A stretch of DNA of 64,000 nt, taken from Thermoplasmata archaeon (GTDB taxonomy: Archaea; Thermoplasmatota; Thermoplasmata; Lutacidiplasmatales; UBA184). The notes beneath the pieces are model-generated. The model was given only the letters and a program-made list of their open reading frames with translations. It searched no databases and was not told the DNA's origin. The translations under genes were made by a program, and so were the position numbers. Below are positions 8,520-22,148 of the stretch, piece after piece (the stretch's first letter is position 1; each line of letters opens with the position of its first letter). The DNA is taken from the NCBI GenBank assembly GCA_049591535.1, contig JBAWFC010000042.1:437-64436 (forward strand), written 5' to 3'.

Positions 8520-9314
8520 GTGAGCGACTTCTGGATCTTCATGGCGCTGACCGCCGCGATGGGACTGTCGATCTTCCTCTCGCTACCGATCGTCTACAGC
8601 AAGCGGGCCCAGGGACGATGGGCTACGGGACTCAACGCGGCCGCGATCGGGATCCTGATCTTTCTCCTCGCCGACGTCTTCTCCGACGTCTCGCCCATCC
8701 TGTACCCGAACGGCTACGTCGCCAACCTGGGCTACTCGATCGCCTTCGGTGTGGCGTTCCTCGTCGCGTTCCTCGGCCTCTACGTGGTCGACAACCTGCC
8801 GCGCCGCGCCCCGCTCGGGACCGGCGCCGGTAGCGGCGGCGACGCGGACAAGGGCCCGCGGACGACCGCGCTCATCATTGCGCTCGGGATCGGTCTGCAG
8901 AACCTGACCGAAGGCCTCGTGTTCGGGGTCAACTGGACGGCGGGTGCGCTCGGCATCCTCGCGGTGGTGTTCCTCGGTTTCTTCCTCCAGAACGTGACCG
9001 AGGGCTTTCCCATCGCCTCGCCGTTCCTCGGCACCAACGCCCGGCGCGGGATCGGGATGATGGCCGGACTCTTCCTGGTCGGGGGCCTTCCGACCCTTCT
9101 CGGGGGAGCGATCGGGTACTACTGGAGCAACAGTCTGTTCCTCGTGATCTTCGACGCGCTCGCCATCGGGGCGATCGCCTACGTGATCCTCCCGATGCTG
9201 CGCGTCGCGTTCCGACCCCTCGAAACCCGGGAACTGTCGATCCGCCGCAACCAGCTCGTGTACATCGGCGTGATGCTCGGCTTCGTACTCGGGTTCGCGG
9301 TCAACGCGGTCTGA
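8520..9314 (+). CDS. ZIP-family (ZupT/GufA-like) divalent metal transporter
   Basis: It is a multi-TM protein. The segments LGIGLQNLTEGLV and FLGFFLQNVTEGFPIASP align with the ZupT HNxPEG motifs, but both His residues are Gln here. Confidence 0.7.
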   Translation: MSDFWIFMALTAAMGLSIFLSLPIVYSKRAQGRWATGLNAAAIGILIFLLADVFSDVSPILYPNGYVANLGYSIAFGVAFLVAFLGLYVVDNLPRRAPLGTGAGSGGDADKGPRTTALIIALGIGLQNLTEGLVFGVNWTAGALGILAVVFLGFFLQNVTEGFPIASPFLGTNARRGIGMMAGLFLVGGLPTLLGGAIGYYWSNSLFLVIFDALAIGAIAYVILPMLRVAFRPLETRELSIRRNQLVYIGVMLGFVLGFAVNAV

Positions 9315-9422
9315 GGTCGATCGCTCGCCGCGGGACTCGCGGGGTGTCTCGGGGGAAGCCGGCCGAGGATGCGGCGCGGCTCGCACGAGCCGCTATGTAC
9401 CTAGCGCGCTCGTAGGCGGCCG

Positions 9423-10205
9423 ATGCCCGATTCGGCACCCTCACCGATCGTGTCGGTGCAGGTGATGCAGGCGCTCGTCGCGCGCGAGCTCGTGGAGGGG
9501 TTCGGGCTCCCGGAGCGGCAGGCGGCGATCTTGCTCGGGATCGTTCCGTCCTCCGTGTCGCAGTACCTCTCCGGAAAGCGACTCGGTCCCACCCTCTCGG
9601 CCTACCTGGGGAACGACGAAGCACGTCGCATCGCGCGCCGCACAGCGCAGCAGCTGATGGCGGGGTCGGTCGGCTCGCGGGTGGTTCTCGAGGCGGCGAT
9701 CACCTTGAGCGAACGGTTCGGGCCCGCAGCTCCCCCCTCGGCATCGAGCCCGAAGGACGGGCTGAGCCCCGAGCTCCGACGCAAGGTCCCCGGTTGGCTC
9801 CGGAACCGGATCGCCGGCGAGCAGAATGCGGTCGCCGAATGCATGCGGCTCGCTCAGCGCTCGCGCGACGAGCTCACCCGCGCGCTCTTCCGACAGATCG
9901 CTTCCGACAGCCTCCGCCACGCGGAGATCGTGGCGTCGCTCGCGGCCTACCTGGACCGGGGGGTATCGTCGAGCGCGCCGACCGGGATCTCCCGCGCGGA
10001 CGTCGAACACCTGATCCGGCGGGAGCACGAGGCCGAGGCGACCAGCGAGGTCGACCTCGGCCCCGAGCTGGGCGGGATGATGCGGATCCTGTGGGACAGC
10101 ATGGAGTCGGACGAAAAGAAGCACGAGCACCTGCTCGAGTTGCTTCTCGAAGCCGGCCTCGCGGACCGCTCACCGGCCCGGAAGCGGGCGCCGCGCGGCG
10201 CCTGA
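9423..10205 (+). CDS. XRE-type helix-turn-helix protein with a C-terminal ferritin/rubrerythrin-like four-helix region
   Basis: The HTH reads ERQAAILLGIVPSSVSQYLSGKR. The C-terminal helices carry E / xxxH / E / ExxH-like residues: EQNAVAEC, DSLRHAEIV, REHEAEA and ESDEKKHEHLL. Confidence 0.55.
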   Translation: MPDSAPSPIVSVQVMQALVARELVEGFGLPERQAAILLGIVPSSVSQYLSGKRLGPTLSAYLGNDEARRIARRTAQQLMAGSVGSRVVLEAAITLSERFGPAAPPSASSPKDGLSPELRRKVPGWLRNRIAGEQNAVAECMRLAQRSRDELTRALFRQIASDSLRHAEIVASLAAYLDRGVSSSAPTGISRADVEHLIRREHEAEATSEVDLGPELGGMMRILWDSMESDEKKHEHLLELLLEAGLADRSPARKRAPRGA

Positions 10206-10274
10206 GCCGCCTCACCGGCGCCCGGCGACCGGCGCCCTTTATAGGTCGCCCGTATCCGCGCGCGGAGGATTCCA

Positions 10275-11408
10275 ATGGTCAAGCTCGCCGAATGGCGGGG
10301 GAAAGAGATCTTCCGGAGGTACGGCATACCGCTCCCGAAGGGCCAGGTGGCCCGTTCGGGCGTCGAGGCCGAGACCCTCACGCGGAGCGGAGCCGTTCCG
10401 CTGCCCTGCGTGATCAAGGCCCAGGTGCTGGCCGGGGGACGCGGAAAGGGGGGTGCGGTCCGGTTTGCGAACACCCCGGAAGAGGCGCGCGCGGCCGCCG
10501 AGGCGATCCTCGCGCTCGAATTCAAGGGCGAGAAAGTGCGGGAGGTGCTGCTCGAGGAGAAGCTCCCGATCGCGAAAGAGCTCTACCTCTCGTTCGCGCT
10601 CGACCGGGGCCTCCGCCTGCCCATCGTGATCGCCAGCGCCCACGGAGGCGTCGAGATCGAGGCCGTCGAGGACTCGGCGATCGAACGGACCCCGGTCCAC
10701 CCGTTCCCGGGTCTCGCGTCCTACGAAAAGCGGCGGGTCGCACAGGTGCTCGGTCTCACCGGCCCCCCCGCCAAGACGCTCGACCGGGTGCTCGATTCGC
10801 TGTGGACGCTCTTTGTCCGCGAGGACGCGGAGCTCGTGGAGATCAATCCGCTCGCCGTGGTCGGGGAGGGACTGGTCGCGCTGGACGCGAAGGTCATCAT
10901 CGAGGACGACGCCGCGTTCCGCCACCCCGAGTACGACGACATCCGGGACGACCGGACCCCGCTGGAGGAGGTCGCGCGGGAGAAGGGGATCGCCTTCGTC
11001 CAACTGGACGGAACGATCGGCGTGATCGCGAACGGCGCCGGCCTGACGATGGCGACGCTCGACGTGCTGAAGGAGTTCGGGGGCGACCCCGGGGTGTTTC
11101 TCGACCTCGGCGGAACCGACGACCCGAAGAAGGTCACCGAAGCGTTCCTCCTGATGGCCCAGGCGAAGCCGACGGCGGTGTTCCTCAACATCTTCGGAGG
11201 GGTCACCCGGTGCGACACGGTGGCGACCGGCCTCGTCGAGGCGATGAAGCAGGTGCCGGCGAACGAGCGCTTTCCGCTGATTGCCCGGATCCGAGGCAAC
11301 AACGAGAAGGAAGGGGTCGAGATCCTGCGCGCGGCCGGGATCACGTCCATCCCGACGTTGAAGGAGTCCGCCCAGGCCGTGGTCGCCGCGGCGGGAAGCA
11401 AGAAATGA
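10275..11408 (+). CDS. sucC: Succinyl-CoA synthetase (ADP-forming) beta subunit
   Basis: It has an ATP-grasp N terminus (KAQVLAGGRGKGGAV) and the ligase-CoA motif GVIANGAGLTMATLD. The length is 377 aa. Confidence 0.9.
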   Translation: MVKLAEWRGKEIFRRYGIPLPKGQVARSGVEAETLTRSGAVPLPCVIKAQVLAGGRGKGGAVRFANTPEEARAAAEAILALEFKGEKVREVLLEEKLPIAKELYLSFALDRGLRLPIVIASAHGGVEIEAVEDSAIERTPVHPFPGLASYEKRRVAQVLGLTGPPAKTLDRVLDSLWTLFVREDAELVEINPLAVVGEGLVALDAKVIIEDDAAFRHPEYDDIRDDRTPLEEVAREKGIAFVQLDGTIGVIANGAGLTMATLDVLKEFGGDPGVFLDLGGTDDPKKVTEAFLLMAQAKPTAVFLNIFGGVTRCDTVATGLVEAMKQVPANERFPLIARIRGNNEKEGVEILRAAGITSIPTLKESAQAVVAAAGSKK

Positions 11409-12289
11409 CGGTGCTCGTCGATGCGAATACCCGGGTCGTGGTTCAGGGGATCACCGGGCACCAGGGGACGGTCCACACCCGTCAAATGAAACAGTTCGGA
11501 ACCTCGGTGGTCGCCGGGGTCACACCGGGCAAGGCGGGGACGGAAGTCGAGGGCGTTCCCGTCTTCGACTCCGTCCGAGACGCGGTCGCCCGGACGAATG
11601 CGAACGCGGCGTGCATCTTCGTTCCGGCGCCGTATGCGAAGGATGCGCTGCTCGAGACCGTCGACGCCGGCATCCCGCTCGCGGTCATCGTGACCGAGCA
11701 CATCCCGTTCCACGACATGCTCGTGATGTACCACTACGCGCGGTCGAAGAACGCGCGGATCATCGGTCCCAATTGCCCCGGGATCGCCGCTCCCGGGAAG
11801 GCAAAGATCGGCATCATCCCGAACATCGTGTTCCGCCCCGGGCGCATCGGCGTCATCTCCCGCAGCGGGACCCTGACGTACGAGATCGTCAACGGGATCA
11901 AGGAACACGGGCTCGGGCAGTCGACCTGCATCGGCCTCGGTGGGGACCCGGTCGTGGGCACCTCGTTCGTGGACGCCCTTCCGCTGCTCCAGGCCGACCC
12001 CGAGACCGACGTCATCGTGATGGTCGGGGAGATCGGGGGAACCGCCGAGGAGGACGGCGCGGAGTACATCCGCCAGCACGTGACGAAGCCGGTCGTGGCG
12101 TACATCGCGGGCCGAAGCGCGCCCCCGGGAAAGCGGATGGGGCACGCCGGCGCCATCATCTCGCGGGGAAAGGGCACCGCCGAGACGAAGCTCGCCGCCC
12201 TCTCGGCCGCCGGCGCCCAGGTCGCCCGATTCCCCTACGAGATCCCGGACCTCGTCGCCCAGATCGTGGAGCAGCAGGCTCGGCGATGA
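11405..12289 (+). CDS. sucD: Succinyl-CoA synthetase alpha subunit
   Basis: It reads MTVLVDANTRVVVQGITGHQG...SRSGTLTYE...GHAGAII, which includes the phosphohistidine loop. Its ATG overlaps the sucC stop (ATGA). Confidence 0.9.
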   Translation: MTVLVDANTRVVVQGITGHQGTVHTRQMKQFGTSVVAGVTPGKAGTEVEGVPVFDSVRDAVARTNANAACIFVPAPYAKDALLETVDAGIPLAVIVTEHIPFHDMLVMYHYARSKNARIIGPNCPGIAAPGKAKIGIIPNIVFRPGRIGVISRSGTLTYEIVNGIKEHGLGQSTCIGLGGDPVVGTSFVDALPLLQADPETDVIVMVGEIGGTAEEDGAEYIRQHVTKPVVAYIAGRSAPPGKRMGHAGAIISRGKGTAETKLAALSAAGAQVARFPYEIPDLVAQIVEQQARR

Positions 12290-12516
12290 CTCCGCCCCGC
12301 GAGCGCCCCGCGCGCGGCGAGGAGGAGGCCGTCGAACCGTGCATCGTCCCGGGGTGCGGTTCCCCCTCGGTCCGACACCTCGCGCTCGCGGAGGCCCGCA
12401 AAGCGTTCTCGCAGCTCCCGGAGAAGGGACGGCGGGCCCCGCTCTGTCGCGACCACTACCGGGAGTGGAAGAAGTCGACCAAGGAAGCTCGCACGCTCGA
12501 CCGGCTCGGCTGGTAG
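12286..12516 (+). CDS. Small Cys/His zinc-finger-like protein (76 aa), translationally coupled to sucD
   Basis: Its ATG overlaps the sucD TGA (ATGA). It reads ...EPCIVPGCGSPSVRHL...APLCRDHYREWKKSTKEA, i.e. a C-x4-C ... C-x2-H pattern. It is the 3' part of track ORF 11611..12516. Confidence 0.55.
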   Translation: MTPPRERPARGEEEAVEPCIVPGCGSPSVRHLALAEARKAFSQLPEKGRRAPLCRDHYREWKKSTKEARTLDRLGW

Positions 12517-12552
12517 CGCCGCGTCCGCTCCCCCCGGAGCGCCGACACGGCG

Positions 12553-13710
12553 ATGGCAGGCGACGGCTGGGGAGCGGTGCGCCGGACCTGTCCTCCGGTA
12601 CGCACGATGCGTCGAAGTCGCCCTCCCTTCGCCGAAACGACCGGGCACCTCGAGGTCGACGGCGGTCGGATCTTCTACCGCGCGCTCGGTGGCCCCCGCC
12701 GGCCGACGGTCCTCGTCCTCCACGGGGGTCCGAGCGATCATCGATACCTGGCGATGCTCGCGGACCTCGTGCCGCGCGGATACCGCGTGGTGTGGTACGA
12801 CCAGCTCGGCTGCGGTCGCTCTTCGCGCCCGCGATCCTACCGGGAATACACGATGGAGACATTCGGGCGCCAGGCCGAGTCGGTCCGCCGCGCCCTCGGC
12901 CTCGGCCGACCCCACCTGTTCGGCCACAGTTGGGGCGGTGCGCTCGCCCTCGAAGCGGCGACGCTCTACCCCCGCAGTTTCCGGAGCCTCTCCGTATGCG
13001 GCGGGTTCGGGAGCGCTACCAGCTTCGGGAACGCCCTGCGCCGACACACCCATCGCTTGCCGCGGGCTCTTCGGGAGCCGATCGAACGGTACGAGCGCGA
13101 AGGGAACTACGTCTCCCCCGAATACCGGGCGGCGATCGCGGAGCGCCGTCGCGTGTACAGCACCGGGGTTCGGGTACTCCCGTACGAGTTCGCGGCCACC
13201 GCATCGGGGGTGAATCCGCGGCTCCTACGAGCCGTCTACGGACCGAACCGAGGGTTGCTCTCGCCGCCCGGGGGATTGCTCCGGGGCTGGGACCTTCGTC
13301 CCCGGCTCGCACGGATCCGTCTCCCGACCCTGATCATGTCCGGGGAGATCGGGGCCGGTCGGTACACCGCCCGGGACCTGCACCGCTGGCTGCCGAACTC
13401 CGAGCGGGTCACGTTCCCCGGCGCGGCACATCTCCCGTTCTACCAGTCCCGCGACCGGTTCCTCGAGACGATGCTCCGCTTCCTCGATGCGATTCCCTCG
13501 CCCGGCCCAACGCGGACGATCCGCCGAAGCGCTCCGGCCGGTGCGACGACCCGGCCCGACGGGCCGCGGCCGACTACTGCTTGCGCATCTTCTGGGCCCG
13601 CATGCGACGGCGCATCCGCTTCTTGCGCCACTTCCAGCGCATGTGGCCGCGCTTCTTCCAAACCCGCGAAGAACGTTTCATCCAGCCCGCGTCCGAACGG
13701 GCGCGGGTAG
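12553..13710 (+). CDS. pip: Proline iminopeptidase-type alpha/beta hydrolase (tricorn F1-like) with a low-complexity tail of about 70 aa
   Basis: It reads VLVLHGGPS...LGCGRS...FGHSWGG (nucleophile elbow)...GAAHLPF. The homology-like region ends near 13497. The frame has no stop codon until 13710. The start may be ATG 12607 instead. Confidence 0.75.
   Translation: MAGDGWGAVRRTCPPVRTMRRSRPPFAETTGHLEVDGGRIFYRALGGPRRPTVLVLHGGPSDHRYLAMLADLVPRGYRVVWYDQLGCGRSSRPRSYREYTMETFGRQAESVRRALGLGRPHLFGHSWGGALALEAATLYPRSFRSLSVCGGFGSATSFGNALRRHTHRLPRALREPIERYEREGNYVSPEYRAAIAERRRVYSTGVRVLPYEFAATASGVNPRLLRAVYGPNRGLLSPPGGLLRGWDLRPRLARIRLPTLIMSGEIGAGRYTARDLHRWLPNSERVTFPGAAHLPFYQSRDRFLETMLRFLDAIPSPGPTRTIRRSAPAGATTRPDGPRPTTACASSGPACDGASASCATSSACGRASSKPAKNVSSSPRPNGRG
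13574..13681 (-). CDS. rpl41e: Large-subunit ribosomal protein eL41 (L41e), 35 aa
   Basis: Found by hand; it is too short for the ORF track. It reads MKRSSRVWKKRGHMRWKWRKKRMRRRMRAQKMRKQ. The core MRxKWRKKRxRR matches eukaryotic and archaeal L41. A TATA-like TTATAAA lies about 38 nt upstream. Confidence 0.8.
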   Translation of the reverse strand: MKRSSRVWKKRGHMRWKWRKKRMRRRMRAQKMRKQ

Positions 13711-13719
13711 GGTCGTCGG

Positions 13720-13728
13720 TTTATAAGG
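13720..13728. promoter_or_regulatory. TATA-like element TTTATAAGG between the divergent rpl41e and the 13750 gene
   Basis: This is the only A/T-rich block in the 68-nt spacer. It lies 22-30 nt upstream of GTG 13750 (+) and about 38 nt upstream of ATG 13681 (-). Confidence 0.45.
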
Positions 13729-13749
13729 CTGCCTCGAACGCCATCGGCG

Positions 13750-14217
13750 GTGGACGGGCCGTTCGCGGGTCCTTATGTATCCGCCGCCGCTCGTTCGCGC
13801 GTGCTGAGCCCCGGGGACCTCGAGGTGAACGTGCTCGAGTTCCGCCAGCGGTCGTTCCAGTTCGAGCGGGCCGGGACGGTCGCGGGACGCGAGGTCGCGG
13901 TGTTCTCTCGGACCGAAACCGAGACCGAGACCCAGTTCCGACCAAAGCTCGTCCACCTGCGCGTGCTCGTCCCTTTGGAATGGGTCCTCTACGACGAGCC
14001 CAACGACCTGCTCCTCATCGCGCGGGACGGCACCACTCCGCCCGTGCGACTCACGGAGCCGGTGGTCGAGGTCGGCGCCGAGCGTACCGAATTCCAGGAG
14101 CAGGGGATGCCGTGGAAGCGGATCGGGGGACCCTCCGGCACCCTGGTCTACGCTCCACAGGAGCTCGCGGACGTGCTCCTGACGCCGGCCGCCCTGACCG
14201 CGCTGGGTCTCACCTGA
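13750..14217 (+). CDS. Hypothetical protein (155 aa)
   Basis: The composition is protein-like (LEFRQRSFQFERAGTVAGREVAVF...LVPLEWVLYDEPNDLLLIARDG) and third-position GC is good. No family was recognised. Confidence 0.5.
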   Translation: MDGPFAGPYVSAAARSRVLSPGDLEVNVLEFRQRSFQFERAGTVAGREVAVFSRTETETETQFRPKLVHLRVLVPLEWVLYDEPNDLLLIARDGTTPPVRLTEPVVEVGAERTEFQEQGMPWKRIGGPSGTLVYAPQELADVLLTPAALTALGLT

Positions 14218-14465
14218 CCGACGGCCGGCCGCAGACGCTCGAGCGAAGCGGGGCCGCCGACGCCTCCGGGGCCCGAGACGTGGCAAACGCGGACGAGTTC
14301 GGCCCGCGATCCCCGGCGCGGGGGCCGTTGGGCACTGGCCGAGAGGCAGAGACCCCCGACGACGGCGTCCGGCGTCACGGGTGACCGCCCGACCCCGAAG
14401 ATCCGTAGGAGGATCGGCGACCGATGCATCGAACGCCGGGCCGACTTGGGACTCGGGAGAAGCTC

Positions 14466-18166
<3,701 letters not shown>

Positions 18167-18904
18167 CGGTCGCAGAGGGCTCCCACGCGCAGGGAGAGCG
18201 ACCCCCTTCCCTCGCCGACCGCACGTCGAGACCGACGCTGAGGAGCCCGTTTTGCGTGGGATCCGGTTCGGCGGCCCGCCGGGCGTACGCAGGAGGTCCT
18301 CGGAAGGAGCCGCGGGACGCCGTCGCGTGGCCGGAGGCGTGGCCGGTCCGCGACCGTCCCTCTTCCCCGATCTCGAAATCTCCTTGACGGACATGTGCGC
18401 TGCCTTCCAGGGGTCATCGGCGGCGCGCTGCAGTTCCCAGCCGCGCGATGGCGGAGGTGGCTGACCCCTCCGCCGACCGGCCGATGCCGCCGGCGTGTGC
18501 GAGCGACGGGGCCGAACGAGACGGATTCGCTCCGGTCCGCCGATCCGGGCTCGGGGTCGGGGGTCCGGTGGTCGCGCCGCCGGGTCGCTGCGGCAGAGCT
18601 TCGCGTCTGCCCCCCCGGCGAGGCGGTCCCGGTCCCTTTGCGCCGAGATGCGTGGATCGTGTACGCTCGGGTCCCACCGCGGCCGGCGCCAGAGAGAAGG
18701 TCCGTCCGGATACGACCGCTCGGCACCGGGGGCCCCGGAATCGGCGCCGGGGATCTACGGATCCGGAGAGGACCGTCGAGACCGACCCGCAGCCCGGCGG
18801 GTCCCTGCTCTTGCCGTGGATGAGGAGCCGATCTCACCCGCGGGCACGAAGGGCCGCGTGTTCCGCAGAAGATGTAGGGGGAGGACGTCCGGGCGGCTCG
18901 TTCC

Positions 18905-20047
18905 TCAGAGGACGCCCATCTCAGTGAGCTTCTCGGGAAGATAATGTTCCGTAACGTAGTTCAGTCCGTACTTGGCGAGCGACTGCTGTTCTGCCTTCTT
19001 GCCGTTCTTCAGCATCAGCTCGATCTCGGCGCGCCAGTCCGCGGTGCCGAACCGCGGGTCCGTCAGCTCCGCCTGGAGGGCGCGGATGTCCTGCTCGGAG
19101 AGCTTGTCGGACGGCAGTTCGTAGTTCTCGATGTCCGAGGCAGTGATGCCGAGGAACTCCGCGGAAGGGGTCGCGAGGTAGCTCGAGAGGTGGGCCGTCT
19201 TGATCGCACCGTAGGCGACGCTCGCGAAGATGCGGAACGACCAGGGGTCCCCGTCGGTGAAGACCACGACGGGGAGCTTCAGCTCCTCCGTGATCCGCTT
19301 CAGGAACCGCCGGGTGGAGCGGGCGGGCTGGCCCTTGAGGTGCAGGAGGATCGCCTTCTGGTCCTCGTCGAAGTTGTTCTCGGCCAGCCGGTCGACCATC
19401 CCTCCGCACTCGATCGCGATCACGAACTTCGCGTTCGTGCTGACGAACTCGATCTTCTCCTTCTCGACGTTGAACGGAAGGGAGTACCCCCCGTCGCCGA
19501 CGTCGTCCTTGCAGTTGATCTTCTTGACCGAGCCCTTCCGGTTCTTCTCCTTGATCGTCAGGTCGCCGATGACCGAGGCGCCGTTCTCCTCGGGGTGGAG
19601 GCGGAAGTCCTCGCGCAGGCGTTCGCACATCACCTCGAGGTCCTCGACCAGGAGGTTCGACTCGTCCTCGGAGTGGAACTTCGCGTCCTCCCACGCCTCG
19701 CTGATGTAGTACATCTCCCGGAGGGTCGACGTCTTCTTGTCGCGGGCCATCTCGTTGATGAAATCGACGAGGTAGAACGTCCGCAGGAGCATCAGCGCGC
19801 CGTCGAGCTTCCGCGCGCTCCGGGTGCCCATCGCCTTGCCGAGGCGCCAGACCCCGTCGCGCGTCTGGAAGGAGAGATTCTGCTTGGTCCGCAGCGGCAG
19901 GCGCATCCGGGGGATCTCCCCGGCGTCCAGCTGGTGGTAGATCTGCTCGGCGAGCGCCAGCGTCGGCTTCAGGGCATCCGCCCGGATCTTCGGGAGGTCG
20001 CCGTCCTCACTCTTCGTCGCTGGCGGGCGCGCTCGTTTCGGCGGCAT
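18905..20047 (-). CDS. top6A: DNA topoisomerase VI subunit A (Spo11-like)
   Basis: It reads ...[11 protein letters not shown] (catalytic Tyr region)...[13 protein letters not shown]...[13 protein letters not shown] (Toprim DxD). The length is 380 aa. Confidence 0.9.
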   Translation of the reverse strand: MPPKRARPPATKSEDGDLPKIRADALKPTLALAEQIYHQLDAGEIPRMRLPLRTKQNLSFQTRDGVWRLGKAMGTRSARKLDGALMLLRTFYLVDFINEMARDKKTSTLREMYYISEAWEDAKFHSEDESNLLVEDLEVMCERLREDFRLHPEENGASVIGDLTIKEKNRKGSVKKINCKDDVGDGGYSLPFNVEKEKIEFVSTNAKFVIAIECGGMVDRLAENNFDEDQKAILLHLKGQPARSTRRFLKRITEELKLPVVVFTDGDPWSFRIFASVAYGAIKTAHLSSYLATPSAEFLGITASDIENYELPSDKLSEQDIRALQAELTDPRFGTADWRAEIELMLKNGKKAEQQSLAKYGLNYVTEHYLPEKLTEMGVL

Positions 20048-22025
20048 CGTAATCCACCTCCCCTTCTTCGTTCCCGATGGCGGACTCGGCCGCCGCGGCT
20101 TCGGCGGCCTCGACGATCGTCCGCGGGAGACGGACGTCCCAGTCCCCGGGGAGCGGGTCGGCCCCCAGGACGTGCGACTCGTCGATCCCCGCGACGTACC
20201 AGTCGAAATCGCCCGCGTCCACCTCGGTGCGGGCGGGGAACGTGACCTCCAGCCGGGTCCGGCCGTTGGGGACGAGCTTCGGGAGGGTCCACCACGCGCG
20301 GCCGAGGCCGGGCTCCGTTCCCTCCGGCGCCGGGTCGAACGTCGCGAGCGCGAACTCGTCCGGCGGGATCTCGAGGAACAGTTCGAGCACCCGGGGGCGT
20401 GGGGTATAGTTGGTGATCTCGACGGGGACGCGAACTCCCCGGGTGTCCGACGCCCACTGGGTCTCGACGTTCACGACGTCCATGATCCGCGTGATCACGG
20501 GCGTCAGATCGGGCGTCGGCTTTCCGACGAGCCGGCTCGTCTTCTCCGCGAGCCGCGGGAGGATCCGCTGGATGATGGCGAACTTGTCGCTCGCGAAGTT
20601 CCGGCGGCTCATCCGGGAAAGGTGCGTGCGCAGGTGGCGCGCCGCCGCCTGGAGCGCGAGCGTCAGCTCCTTGTCGATCTCCGGGTCCTCGGCGACCGCC
20701 TCCTTCGCCTCGCTCGTGAACGGGATCTTCGTGGACGCGACGTGCACGAGGATCACTCCGGGACCCGACGGGATCCCCGAGCCTCCCTTCTGGTCGAGTC
20801 CGTAGCGTCGCCAGTCGAGCGTCGAGATCGCGTTGGTGATCGCGCATGCTCCCTGCTGGAACAGCAGAGGCACCCGGTTCGCGAATCGGAGGATCTGGAC
20901 CGGTTGGTCCGCCGGCAGCCCACCGCCGTAGACGAGACCGACCTCGACCATGAACGGGAACCCGCCCCGGACCTTCGGGGGTCGGCTCACCGGGGGCGCG
21001 TAGAATTCGGGTCGCAGGTCTCCGAGCACGTTGCGCAGGCCCCGCTTGATCAGCATCGCTCCGATGGGCGAGAGCGAATCCGATGAGGGCTGTACGAGGG
21101 TCGCGCCGTGCAGTGCGGCCAGGAGGTTCTCCTGGGCCTCGCCCTGGATCGACCCCGGGGACTGCGAGGGGCGTAAGCCCGAGCTCTCGAACACCTCGCG
21201 CCCGGCGCGTGGGCTGACCCCCGCGAGGTCCTTTGAGAGGAACTCGCCGAGGTTCGAGCGCTTCGTCGCCTTGAGAAGATAACCGAGCTCGCCGAGCTCG
21301 AGGCCGTGGGGGTGCGGCAGGCACTCCTTCGCCGCGGCCGGGAGTTCCTGGGCCGCCCGCTCGAACGTGACCCGGGTCCCGTCGGGTTCGACGAGGACGA
21401 TCCGGGCGTGCGGGTTGACGATCGCCGTCCCCCGGAGGTACTCGTACGGGGACTGTCGACCGCGGATGTACCGTGCCTTGATCACCAGCTCGACCCGCGT
21501 TCCGTGCGGCCGGTCCCAGAGGACGAGGTCCTCGGACACGACCCGCGGTTGGTTCTTCTGGGTGTCGATGACGAGGTCGAGGACGTGGGCGGCTTCCTCC
21601 TCCTCGACCTTGGAGGTGATGTGGGCGGGCCGGGCGGTCGTGAGGTTCGCGTACAGGACGGCGGCCGAGATTCCGATCCCCTGCTGACCCCGTGCCTGCC
21701 GGTTCGAGTGGAACCGGGAACCGTAGAGGAGGCGGGCGAAGACGTTCGGGATCTCCTTGCGGAGGATCCCCGGGCCGTTGTCGGAGATCGCGACCCGCAG
21801 GCGGTCCTCTCCCTCCTTCGACACCTCGACCACGACCTCGGGGAGGATCCGTGCCTCCTCGGCCGCGTCGAGGCCGTTGTCCACCCCCTCCTTGACGGTC
21901 GTGAGAAGGGAGCGCTGGGGGTTGTCGAATCCGAGGATCTGCCGGTTGCGTTCGAAGAACTCGGCGACGGAGATCTCCCGTTGCTTCGCGGCGAGTTGCT
22001 GCGCGATCGTCGGCGGGGGCGGCAC
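20007..22025 (-). CDS. top6B: DNA topoisomerase VI subunit B (GHKL ATPase)
   Basis: It has the Bergerat-fold motifs [19 protein letters not shown] and GQQGIGISA. It starts at GTG and overlaps top6A by 41 nt. The C-terminal tail is acidic. Confidence 0.9.
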   Translation of the reverse strand: MPPPPTIAQQLAAKQREISVAEFFERNRQILGFDNPQRSLLTTVKEGVDNGLDAAEEARILPEVVVEVSKEGEDRLRVAISDNGPGILRKEIPNVFARLLYGSRFHSNRQARGQQGIGISAAVLYANLTTARPAHITSKVEEEEAAHVLDLVIDTQKNQPRVVSEDLVLWDRPHGTRVELVIKARYIRGRQSPYEYLRGTAIVNPHARIVLVEPDGTRVTFERAAQELPAAAKECLPHPHGLELGELGYLLKATKRSNLGEFLSKDLAGVSPRAGREVFESSGLRPSQSPGSIQGEAQENLLAALHGATLVQPSSDSLSPIGAMLIKRGLRNVLGDLRPEFYAPPVSRPPKVRGGFPFMVEVGLVYGGGLPADQPVQILRFANRVPLLFQQGACAITNAISTLDWRRYGLDQKGGSGIPSGPGVILVHVASTKIPFTSEAKEAVAEDPEIDKELTLALQAAARHLRTHLSRMSRRNFASDKFAIIQRILPRLAEKTSRLVGKPTPDLTPVITRIMDVVNVETQWASDTRGVRVPVEITNYTPRPRVLELFLEIPPDEFALATFDPAPEGTEPGLGRAWWTLPKLVPNGRTRLEVTFPARTEVDAGDFDWYVAGIDESHVLGADPLPGDWDVRLPRTIVEAAEAAAAESAIGNEEGEVDYDAAETSAPASDEE

Positions 22026-22148
22026 TGGCGGAGGAGGGGCGCGCTCTCCGCTATAAGTCCCGTGTTGGAGTCGAGCGGTGGGTCGACCCGTCTCCCCGGA
22101 GATCCCCCTCCGACGCTCTTATTCTGTCCCCGGGTGCTCGAATCGCCG

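Noticed and set aside
18294-18311. AGGTCCTCGGAAGGAGCC, which resembles the SRP helix-8 consensus (AGGUCCGGAAGGAAGCAGCC).
   Set aside because: It lacks the conserved AGCA, and the tetraloop closing pairs do not form. The surrounding sequence shows no SRP-like domain structure.
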